Assembly (NCBI RefSeq): GCF_004010195.1 | Contig: NC_057718.1 | Location: forward strand, 65,287,811 to 65,317,858 | Direction of reading: 5' to 3' | Length of the DNA: 30,048 bases | DNA from: Chiloscyllium plagiosum | Lineage: Eukaryota | The notes under the pieces: generated by a model | The model's input: only the letters and a program-made list of their open reading frames with translations | Database searches by the model: none | What the model was told of the DNA's origin: nothing | Part shown: piece by piece, positions 1 through 8,734 of the stretch | Layout of the letters: the number at the start of each line of letters is the position of its first letter | Numbering within the stretch: position 1 is the first letter of the stretch | Translations under genes and position numbers: made by a program

Positions 1-220
1 AATGTCATTTTGGAGAGTCTTATGGAGATCAAATTTGTGATGTCCATGTTAACTTTTGATGAATCACTGTTGCATAAACCAAAGTCAATTATGCCGGAGT
101 TTCCTGAGGGAGTTCTTTATCTTTCCTGTTTATCTCAGAAGCTTTGAAATTCACACCTTTAAAGATCCATTGTGTTGTCCAAGGATAAATCAAACTCTAA
201 ACAGTTAACATAAGCAATGT

Positions 221-533
221 GGGCAGCACAGTGGCTCACAGCATCAGGGACCCGGGTTTGATTCCCACCTTGGGCAACTGTCTGTGTGCAGTTTGCACAT
301 TGCCCCTGTGTCTGCTTGGGTTTCCTCCGGGTGCTCCGGTTTCCTGCCACAATCCAAAGATGTGCAGGTCAGGTGAATTGGCCATGCTAAATTGCCCATA
401 GTGTTAGATGCGTTAGTCTGGGGTAAGGACAGGGGAATGGGTCTGGGTGGGTTACTCTTCAGAGGTTCGGTGTGGACTTGGTGGGCCGAAGGGCCTGTTT
501 CCATGCTGTAGGGAATCTAATCTAATCTAATCT
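221..533 (+). mobile_element. HE1-type tRNA-derived SINE (V-SINE superfamily)
   Basis: tRNA-like head (GGCAGCACAGTGGCTCA...GACCCGGGTTTGATTCCC, B box), V-domain core GGGTTTCCTCCGGGTGCTCCGGTTTCC, CR1-like 3' end GGGCCGAAGGGCCTGTTTCCATGCTGTA and an (AATCT)n tail. Homologous to 19343-19625. Confidence 0.9.
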
Positions 534-569
534 TGTAAGTGTTGTGAACAATCAGATCTCCATATTTTA

Positions 570-945
570 AAAAAAGAGTGCAGAGGCACTAGAAGAGGTA
601 CAGAAAATATGTAGAATTGAGATGTTATACCTATCTGGAAAGATTGAACAGGTGTTTATTTCTCTGGAAAAAAATATAAAATCCCCTGGAAACGGTGGGG
701 TGGGGGAGTGCAGGGGATGCTGCTGATGGAACTCTTTAAGATTACAGAAGGTTTGAAAAGGTAACTACAAAGGAGGTGCTTCCTCTGATGAGAGCAAACT
801 CAGGAGCAACAAATATATGAAAATCATCAAGAAATCCAAGCTCAGGAAGAATGCATTTGTCCAAAGAGTGGTTAGAATGTGGAATTGCTATCATATGGAA
901 TAGTTGAGGTAAATATCCAACCTTTGTTCAAGGGGAAGCTGGATA
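570..945 (+). mobile_element. Highly decayed CR1 LINE fragment (C-terminal part of ORF2)
   Basis: Degenerate matches to younger CR1 copies in the window: GAGGTACAGAAAA, GAAAGATTGAACAGG, CAAAGAGTGGTTAGAATGTGGAA, TTCAAGGGGAAGCTGGATAAA. Confidence 0.6.
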
Positions 946-1055
946 AACATAGAACATAGAGCTGTATAGCACAGGAACAGGCCCTTCCACCGACCATGTC
1001 TGTACCAACCTTGATGCTATTCTAAAATAATCCCATCTGCCTGGACATGGTGAGT

Positions 1056-1090
1056 ATCCTGAAGAAGGGCATGTGCCCGAAACGTCGAAT
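1056..1090 (+). ncRNA. Putative minimal type I hammerhead ribozyme core
   Basis: CTGAAGA-A-GGGC(ATGT)GCCC-GAAACGTC-GAAT: conserved CUGANGA and GAAA boxes, 4-bp stem II, GUC cleavage triplet. The 5' strand of stem I is partly truncated. Confidence 0.65.
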
Positions 1091-1151
1091 CTTCTGTTCC
1101 CTAGATGCTGCCTGACCTGCTGTGCTGTTCCAGCAATAAAGTTTCAGCATC
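1060..1151 (+). mobile_element. Short Penelope-like element terminal fragment with hammerhead core
   Basis: Flanked by 10-bp direct repeat GTGAGTATCC (1050-1059, 1152-1161). Contains GATGCTGCCTGACCTGCTGTGCTGTTCCAGC, which follows the GIY-YIG ORF in the longer PLE at 19123-20670. Confidence 0.85.
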
Positions 1152-2409
1152 GTGAGTATCCCTCTAATTTGCCTGTTCATCTATCTGTCTAAGTGCCTCT
1201 CAAACATTGTTATCGTCTCTGTTTCTACTACCTTTCCAGCACAGCTACCACCACTCCCTCCCCCCCAACTCCCCTTTGTAGAAAACATTCCTCACACATT
1301 ACCTTTACATTTTTCCCATCTCGCCTTAAACCTATGCCCCTGACTATTTGACATTTCTACTCTGGGTAAAAGACCTTATCCATGCCTCTCATTATTTTAC
1401 ATACTTGATTGCTCCTCGCCCACCTACAGTCTAGTGAAGACAATCCAAGTTTGCCCAAACTCTCCTTATAGCAAATATAGTCCAATCCCATCAGACTCTG
1501 AGGACTTACCTACCTTCGTGTTTTTTTAAGGTACCAACACCTCCTCCATCTTAACATGCCTCAAAATATCAACATAGCCCTCCTGCCCTCCCTAATCATC
1601 CATGTCCTTCTCCTTGGTGAGTACTGATGTAAAGTATTCATTAAGGACAACACCCACTTCCTCTAGCTCCATGTATGAATTCCTTCCTTTGTCCTGTGTG
1701 GACCTAGCTTTCCCTAGCTACCCTCCTTCTCCTAATATATGTATAAAATGTCTTGGATTCTCCCGAATTATTCTTGCCTAGGACATTTCATGGCCTCTTC
1801 TCGCCCTCCTAATTTCTTGTTTAAGCTATTTTCTGATTCCTTTATACTCTTAAAAAGCCTTGTTTGATTTTTGTTTCCTGAACTTTCATGTGCTTCCTTT
1901 TCCTTTTGACTAACCTTTCATTATCTCTGTTCATCCAAGGTTCCGAGTATTGCCATGCTGACGTTTCATCCTCACAGGAACATGCCAGTCCTGGACTCTG
2001 ATCAACTGTCCTTTAAAGGACTCCCACATGTCAGATGTGGATTTATTCTCAAACAACCAGCCCCAATCTAATTTCACCAGCTCCTGACTAATACTGTTGT
2101 CATTAGCCTTCTCCCAATTTCGCACGTATTCCAAGAACCTGTCCCATCCTTATCCATAACTGCCTTAAAACATACAGAATTATAATCACTGTACCCAAAA
2201 TGCTTCCCCACTGAAACTCCCATTACCTGGCCTGGCTCATTCTGCAATAAAAGGTTGAGGATGACCTTTTCCCTAGTTGGACTATCTACACCTTGTTACA
2301 AGAAACCCTGCTGGATGCACTTAGCCAATTCTGCCCCATCTAAGCGCCTGGCACTAAAGGGTTCCTAGTCAATATTGGGGAGTTAATTTCTCTCATTAAT
2401 TTCTTTCGG

Positions 2410-2548
2410 CAAAAAAACTGAAAGAACTGTGGATGCTGGAAATCTGAAACAAAAATAGTAATTGCTGGAAAATCTCAGCAAGTCTGCCAGAATCTGTGGA
2501 GGGAAATCAGAGTTAACGTTTCAGGTGCAGAGACCCTTCTTCAGAACT
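2410..2548 (-). mobile_element. Penelope-like terminal fragment (older family) with degenerate hammerhead core
   Basis: Reverse complement reads AGTT-CTGAAGA-AGGGTC...ACCT-GAAACGTT-AACT...TTCCAGCATCCACAG. Homologous to 5772-5895. Confidence 0.7.
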
Positions 2549-3622
2549 TGCTTTTACATCTTTCCTTCATGTAAATCCAAGGAATGGGGTGGGACCAGAC
2601 AGAGTACCAGGCCATGCACTCAGAGCATGTGCAGACTGGCATCTTCAACATCTCGGACATCTTCAATGTCTCCCTGCAGCAGGCCACTGTCCCTGCCTGT
2701 TTCAAGAGGGCCAACATCATCCCTGTGCCTAAGAAGGCTCATGCAGCATGTCTCAATGACTACCGCCCAGTGGCCCTAACTTCGGTGGTCATGAAGTGCT
2801 TTGAAAGGCTGGTCATGGCATTAATCAACCCCAGCCTCCCCACTACTCTTGACACACTTCAATTTGCCTATTGGACCAACAGATCAACGGCAGATGCCAT
2901 ATCACTTGCCCTTCAATCCTCCCTAGAATATCTGACACCAAGAACATCTATATAAGAATACTACTCATTAACGACAGTTCAGCTTTCAACACTATTATAC
3001 CCTTGAGACTGATTACAAAAATTATTGATCTCGGACTAAGCCCACTCTCTGCAACTGGATCCTCAGTTTCCTGACCCACAGGCCACAATCATTGAAGATT
3101 GGGGACAATATTTCATCCTCACTAACACTCAACACTGGAGCCTCCCACGGGTGTGTACTCAGCCCCCTTTGGTACTCACTATATATCCATGACTGCGTCG
3201 CCAAATACCAGACTAATGGCATTTATAAGTTCACTGATGACACCACCATAGTCGGTCAAATCCCAGATGGCAACGAAACGGACTACAGATGGGTGGTGGA
3301 AGACCTGGAAAAATGGTGCACTGAGAACAACCTAGCTCTCAATGCCAGCAAAATCAAGGACACATTATTGACTTTCAACAGGATGTTACTCATGCCCCCT
3401 CTACACATTAACAGCATAGAGGTAGAATGAGTAGAGAGTGTCAAGCTCCTGGGAGTGGTCATCAACAACAAGCTTTCTTGAACTGGTTACACTGGTGGAT
3501 GCACTGGTTACAAAAGCCCAACAACGTCTCTTCTTCCTCAGACAGCTGAGGAAATTTAGCATGATGGCGAATTCCCTTGCGGACTATTTATAGGAGCGTC
3601 ACCGAGAGCATTCTGTCCGAAT

Positions 3623-3829
3623 GTCTTCCCCCACCCTGACCTATCACCTCCATCCCCACCACCCATTCACTTTCACCCCAGCCCCACCCTCCTCTCATTT
3701 ATCTCTCCACCCTGCAGGCACTCTGCCTCATTCCTGATGAAGGGCTTTTGCCCGAAACGTCGATTTTCCTGCTCGTCGGATGCTGCCTGAACTGCTGTTC
3801 TTTTCCAGCACCACTCTAATCTAGAATCT
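3623..3829 (+). mobile_element. Penelope-like 3' terminal fragment inserted in the Rex1 RT
   Basis: C-rich UTR, hammerhead core and GATGCTGCCTGAACTGCTG...CCAGCACCACTCTAATCTAG. Homologous to 19150-19340 (-) and 20605-20669 (+). Rex1 sequence resumes after it. Confidence 0.85.
3730..3765 (+). ncRNA. Putative minimal type I hammerhead ribozyme core
   Basis: ATTC-CTGATGA-A-GGGC(TTTT)GCCC-GAAACGTC-GATT, with canonical CUGAUGA, GAAA and GUC. Confidence 0.7.
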
Positions 3830-4482
3830 GGGTGTACTACTACCTGATATAATAACTGTACCATTCAATATCGGAGATGGTTACAGTGTGGTGAACTCGG
3901 CCCAGGCAATCACAAAGGCCAACCTCCCATCTATAGAATCCATTTACCAGGCCCGCTGTCAAGAAAAGCCTGCCAGCATTCTCAAAGAACCATCCCACCC
4001 TGGCAATATTTTTCTACAAACTCTACCATCGGAGAAAAGGTACAGAAGCCTGAACACACGAGCCAGTTGGTTTTGTAACAGTTTCCACCTTACTGTTATT
4101 AGAATACTGAATGGACTCACAAACTCTTAACATTCGTCTGTACAGTGTACCTGTGTTTTTGTTTTTGCCACTGTTTGCCTATTATTTACTTATCTATGTT
4201 GTTTAACTCTGCGATCTGCCCGTATCGCTCACAAGACAAAGCTTTTCACTATGCCTCAGTACACGTGACACTATATTCAATTCAATTCAAATAAATACTG
4301 CTTCATCCAGCTTTGTGTTGTTACAGATCCAACATGTCCTTGATCTCAGAATATTCCCATTCGTCTCTCTTTATTCTACCAGTGACAATATATTGTCTTT
4401 GACCCGAAAGCAAATCAGAACACAATATTGTTGCCATGACAATATCAAACCAATAAGTAAAATACTTAGTAAAATTCTTCGT

Positions 4483-4757
4483 ATAGAGTCATTGAGTTAT
4501 ACAGAATGGAAACAGACCCTTCAGTCCAACTTGTCCACACTGACCAGATATCTTAAACTGATTTAGACACATTTGTCAGCATTTGGCCCATTCTCTCTAC
4601 ACCTTTCCTATTCATGTATCCATCCTTTTACATATTGCAATTGTACAAGTCTCCACCATCTCCTCTGGCAGCTTGTTCCATACATGCAACACCCACCACA
4701 TGAAAAAAATGCCACTCAGGTCCTTTTTAAATCTTTCCCTCTCAACTTAAACCTAAA
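4483..4757 (-). mobile_element. CR1/HER1 3' end fragment
   Basis: ATAGAGTCATTGAG tail and GGAAACAGACCCTTCAGTCCAAC. Homologous to 15822-16095. Confidence 0.85.
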
Positions 4758-5178
4758 AGTATCTCTAATTTTAAGAAGACTCAGTGGCAATTTTAAAAAG
4801 GTCATTTATTTTTGTTCATCTATCATATCATTTATTTTAGGTTCAGTTCATCACTGTTGATATACCCTTTGAGTATAATGCATAACCATAACTATAATGC
4901 ATAACTATCATTTACTTTCGTGGAATACTAAAGACTACCTGTGATCCTGACATTTCATAAACAAACTAATCTCTAGTACCTAAAGTTTATTTATCTTCAC
5001 AATTTCATCAGAATTAGATAATCATGGAAATTATGGTCCCAATTCTCCCCTTCTGTGATGGCGAGAATAATGGCAAGTACGTAATTGGACAAGAGTTCCA
5101 AAGCAAATTCTTGCTGTTGAGGTAAACTGTCACAATTCAATCCTCCCTACTTCAATGATAAAACCACATTCTCACCAA

Positions 5179-5213
5179 CAGGTGGCAAGGAACCTATTTG
5201 CATTAATTTGCAT
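5179..5213 (+). promoter_or_regulatory. Candidate cis-regulatory cluster: E-box CAGGTG plus two octamer motifs ATTTGCAT
   Basis: CAGGTG at 5179-5184 and exact ATTTGCAT at 5196-5203 and 5206-5213, in sequence not recognised as repeat. Confidence 0.3.
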
Positions 5214-5254
5214 CTAATTACTTATGCAATTCACCCGATTAACTTCCTCCTAAC

Positions 5255-5565
5255 TAAATTCTTTGCATCTTCTCCTAAGTCAACGTGTACTAATCCAGGC
5301 TCTACGTTTATCTGCCTTATACTCCTTGCATTAAAATAAATACACTTCAAACAACCAGGCCCACTGTGTTCATTAAACTGGCCCTGCCTGTTCTTTCTAT
5401 TAGACTTACTTGACTTAATCGTCAATCACACCACATGCTGACCTACTGCTCTATTTCCAACACCTCGGCCATACTAGTTTAAATCCTCCCATGACACTAG
5501 TAAACTTCCCTGAAAGGACATTAATGCCCCTCAGTTTAGGTGCAACCTATCCTTCTTGGACAGGT
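5255..5565 (-). mobile_element. CR1 fragment (ORF1 end / ORF2 APE start)
   Basis: Minus-strand LKCIYFNARSIR matches CR1 APE starts elsewhere in the window (LNCIYFNARGL, LKCVYFNVRSIR). TTGCACCTAAACTGAGGGGC matches the ORF1 esterase end. Confidence 0.7.
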
Positions 5566-5574
5566 ATGTTGTAG

Positions 5575-5992
5575 AGTCATGTTAATATCACTGGACTAGT
5601 AATCCAGATACTCCAGACTAATATTCTGGGGACATTGACTCATATCCCACCATAGTAGAATGATTGATTGTTATAAAAATCATTCTGATTCATTAGTGCC
5701 CTTTAGGGAAGGAAATCTGTTGGCTTTATCTATAATACATTTAGAATGCATGTGAATCTACACGTATACTTTTTCCTAGCTACCATCAGTTCTGAGGAAG
5801 GGTCAGAGGAACCGAAACGTCAACTTTGACTTCTCTTCACAGATGCTGTCAGACCTGCTGAGCTTTTCCAGCAACTTTTGTTTTTATTCCAGATCTATAC
5901 TTGTCTTGGTGACTTTTAAATGATTGTCTGGGCAATTAGGAATGAGCAGAAAATTAGCCAGCTGCATCTAAAGCCACAAACAAATAAAATAT
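5575..5992 (+). mobile_element. Old tRNA-derived shark SINE, split by a PLE fragment
   Basis: Head ATCACTGGACTAGTAATCCAGA...TTCTGGGGAC...ATCCCACC, core CCCTTTAGGGAAGGAAATCTG, tail CTGGGCAATTAGGAATGAGCA. Recognised from recall of elasmobranch repeats. Confidence 0.55.
5772..5895 (+). mobile_element. Penelope-like terminal fragment with hammerhead core
   Basis: AGTT-CTGAGGA-AGGGTC(AGAG)GAACC-GAAACGTC-AACT then CAGATGCTGTCAGACCTGCTGAGCTTTTCCAGC. Possible 7-bp TSD TATACTT (5765-5771, 5896-5902). Confidence 0.75.
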
Positions 5993-6075
5993 ATTTTTAA
6001 AGGGCAGAGGAGTGGCAATTGGAATTTAATTTAGATAAGTGTGAGGTTTTGCATTTTGGTAAAGCAAATCAAAGC

Positions 6076-6252
6076 ACAATCCAAAGATATGCAGTTTAGG
6101 TGGATTGACCATGCTAAATTGCCTGTAGTGTCCAGAGATGTGCAGGATTATCCATGGGAAATGCAAGATACCGGAACAGGGTAAGGAATGCTCTTCAGAG
6201 GGTTAGTGTGAACCAGATTGACTGAATGGCCTGCTTCCGTACTGTAGGAACT
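6076..6252 (+). mobile_element. 5'-truncated HE1-type SINE
   Basis: CACAATCCAAAGATATGCAGTTTAGGTGGATTGACCATGCTAAATTGCC...GAATGGCCTGCTTCCGTACTGTAGG, homologous to 348-513. Confidence 0.8.
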
Positions 6253-6396
6253 CTATATACTTAATCGTAGGATCCTGGGAATGTTGCCGATCAAAGAGAC
6301 CTTCGGGTGCATGTTCATAGTTCCTTGAAGCTGGAGTATAAGGTAGACAGGGTAGTGAAGAAGGCACTTGGTATACTTGCCTTTGATGGTCAGTGC

Positions 6397-6574
6397 GGAG
6401 GAGAAAGTGAGGTCTGCAGACGCTGGAGATCAAAGCTGAAACTTTATTGCTGGAACAGCACAGCAGGTCAGGCAGCATCTAGGGAACAGAAGATTCGATG
6501 TGCCCGAAACGTCGAATCTTCTGTTCCCTAGATGCTGCCTGACCTGCTGTGCTGTTCCAGCAATAAAGTTTCAG
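6397..6574. mobile_element. Fold-back (palindromic) Penelope-like insertion
   Basis: Perfect 70-bp inverted repeat 6429-6498 / 6512-6581. Flanked by 16-bp direct repeat CTTTGATGGTCAGTGC (6381-6396, 6575-6590). Confidence 0.9.
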
Positions 6575-6626
6575 CTTTGATGGTCAGTGCATTGAGCATA
6601 GGAATTGGGATGTCATGTTGTGGTAG

Positions 6627-7308
6627 CGTTATGGCCCAGACCAAACAGCTTCAAAATATTCAAAAGATAGTCTAGCCCCGACTTTTTTCTGATTTTAAAG
6701 GTAAGTGTGAGGAATTGCATTCCAGATTAAATTCAATTAGTCAAAATACCGGATTATTCATCCGCTATAGTTAAAATGCAACAAAAGCAAGAAGGAATTG
6801 GAAAAACAACTTGATTGGAAAACTTTACAGAATAATAAATATAGTAACTATTGCTAATTAACTGTTCAGATATAGTAACATCCAATAAACACACCCTTGG
6901 CAAAAGGCAAATTCAGAAAACAGATTGGCTCACGTGCTACTCCAGTAGCAGGACGAGAATCCTAACCTTTGGCTGTAACTGAGTAGGGAAATGATAGCTT
7001 CCACTTCTTCAACAGCAAATGCTGAAAACTAAAAATTAAAAATCTGATAAAGAGTCATCTAGATTCTAAATGTTAGCTTGACGGATGCTGCTGACCTGCT
7101 GTGATTTCCAGCATTTTTTATTTTCATCTAAAAGTCCGGATTCTGTGAGAGCTTGGCCACACTCATTCTACTTTTTAAAAGAACCCAAGGACTCACAAGC
7201 TGTTTACTCTAGTGGCTGTGGTAGGTTGCTCACCACATCTGCCTTAGAATCTCTCTTACAAAAAAAGCCAGGGCAAAATACACCTCTTGAAGCCACAGTC
7301 TTGTCACA
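6627..7308 (-). mobile_element. Probable solo LTR
   Basis: Non-coding insert splitting the CR1. Ends read TGTGAC...TAACG on the minus strand (TG...CA with one substitution). Flanks GTAG/TTAG are consistent with a 4-bp TSD. Confidence 0.5.
7043..7127 (+). mobile_element. Decayed PLE terminal fragment inside the putative LTR
   Basis: CTGATAA-AGAGTC(ATCTA)GATTC-TAAATGTT...GGATGCTGCTGACCTGCTGTGATTTCCAGCA, homologous to 24665-24750. Confidence 0.6.
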
Positions 7309-8734
7309 TTAGGCCACTTTTGGAATATTGCATTCATTTCTGGTCTCCCTGCTACAGGAAAGGTGTTGTTAAACTTGAAAAGGTGCAGAAAAAATTTGTA
7401 AGGATGTTGCTGGGGTTGGAGCAATTGCGCCAAAGGGAGAGGCTGAATAGGCTGGGGCTATTTTCTCTGGAGTGTGGGAGGCTGAGGGGTGACCTCAAAG
7501 AGGTTGATATAATCAGGAAGGGCATAGATAAAGTGACTAGCAAAAGTCTTTTTCCAGGTTAGGGGACTCCAACACTAGAGGGCATAGCTTTAATGTGAGA
7601 GAGGCAAGATTTAAAAGGGACCCAAGGGTCAACCTTTTCACGCAGAGGGTGGTGTGTATGTGAAATGAACTGCCAGAAGAGGTGGTGAAGGTTGGTATAA
7701 TAACAACATTTAAAAAGCCATCTGGATGGGTGTTTGAATAGGAAATGTTTAGAGGGATTTGGACCAAATGCTGCCAAATGGGATGAGATTAATCTTGGAT
7801 ATCTGGTCAGCATGGATGAGTTGGACTGATGGGTATGTTTTCTTGCTGTATAATACTACGACCCTGTGACTCTATAACTTGATAGTAACACTGAGCATGC
7901 ATCTGTTGAAATGTCTTGTCGAGATGAATTCATACTTGTGCCATATTTTTTCTTTTAACTTTAACTGGGACTACTACAGAGACTGCAGGTGTCTCCCTGG
8001 ATGTTCTATTCACACAACTGGACAAGGACATTACATCAGATTGCTTGCAAATGGGCAGGTTCAGGTAGCACTTATACTCTCAGAGCTAGCCTTTGCAGCC
8101 TCAGCCTTTTGTTTCTGGATTTAAGATAGTGGGCAGGGACAACTTCTGGCCCAGATGAAATGCTGTAGCCCTGAGAGAAAGGCAGCAGCTTCTGGCATAG
8201 AATGAAAGCTTGTGATAGTAGGAAACAGTGAAGAGAATATGTAACCGTCAAGAATGACAGGATGTCACTGCATGGCACAGTAATGCATCGCAGGTGCATG
8301 CAGCTTCTGCAGCAAGCACATTGCAAGTGCTTGAAGGAAATGACAATTTGTGAAAGTGAGGGCAAGGAATTTTTTTTTATGATGAGGATGGTCTCCAATC
8401 AGTCAGAGGGAGCACCACCATGGACTGTCCATGGGCTGACCAAAGTCAGTTGGGTGTTTGGTCTGACATAAGTCTGCGCATTTGTTCCATTGCTATCAGG
8501 GGATATGGCCAAAGTTAGACTTTGCTGTCAAGTAAAAGCAATCTGGGCTTTGTAGATCAGTCATTTACAGTGTTCTTGCAAATGCAGTCTATAATTTTGG
8601 ACTCCACTACCCTGGGGAAACATTGAACATTAACAAATTGAAATTTATGAAGTGGATCAATATGTGGTGACAAAATGCAGTCATTTATCAGATACTGAGG
8701 AGCTAAGATGGCATGAAAGAGGAGGAACGCTATT

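Larger units (their letters stand above)
946..2392 (-). mobile_element. CR1/HER1 LINE, internally deleted (3' end plus APE/linker region), interrupted by a PLE insertion at 1060-1151
   Basis: Minus-strand tail (CATAGAACATAGA on +) and CR1 3' UTR. ORF 1931-2134 (RNWEKAN...QEL...DW...MWESFK...VPVR) matches the CR1 ORF2 linker also seen at 8743-9359. The RT core is missing. Confidence 0.8.
2585..4291 (+). mobile_element. Rex1/Babar-clade LINE, 5'-truncated, frameshifted RT
   Basis: RT motifs [67 protein letters not shown]-terminal SHPGN.F..LPS.KRYRSL. 3' end AAAGCTTTTCACT...(TTCAA)n. Confidence 0.85.
6001..7878 (+). mobile_element. CR1/HER1 LINE 3' portion broken by three nested insertions (HE1 SINE, PLE hairpin, solo LTR)
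   Basis: Collinear pieces 6001-6070, 6255-6396, 6591-6626 and 7309-7878 match CR1 12285-13247 (KCEVLHFG, DLRVHVHSSLK, RPLLEYCIHFWSP, RLRGDL). The element ends in GACTCTAT-like tail repeats. Confidence 0.85.

Noticed and set aside
4874..4907. TATAATGCATAAC direct repeat
   Set aside because: Short AT-rich slippage duplication with no further structure.
8072..8471. Cys-rich ORFs in unassigned sequence
   Set aside because: No recognisable domain or convincing splice signals. May be an old repeat that I could not assign.
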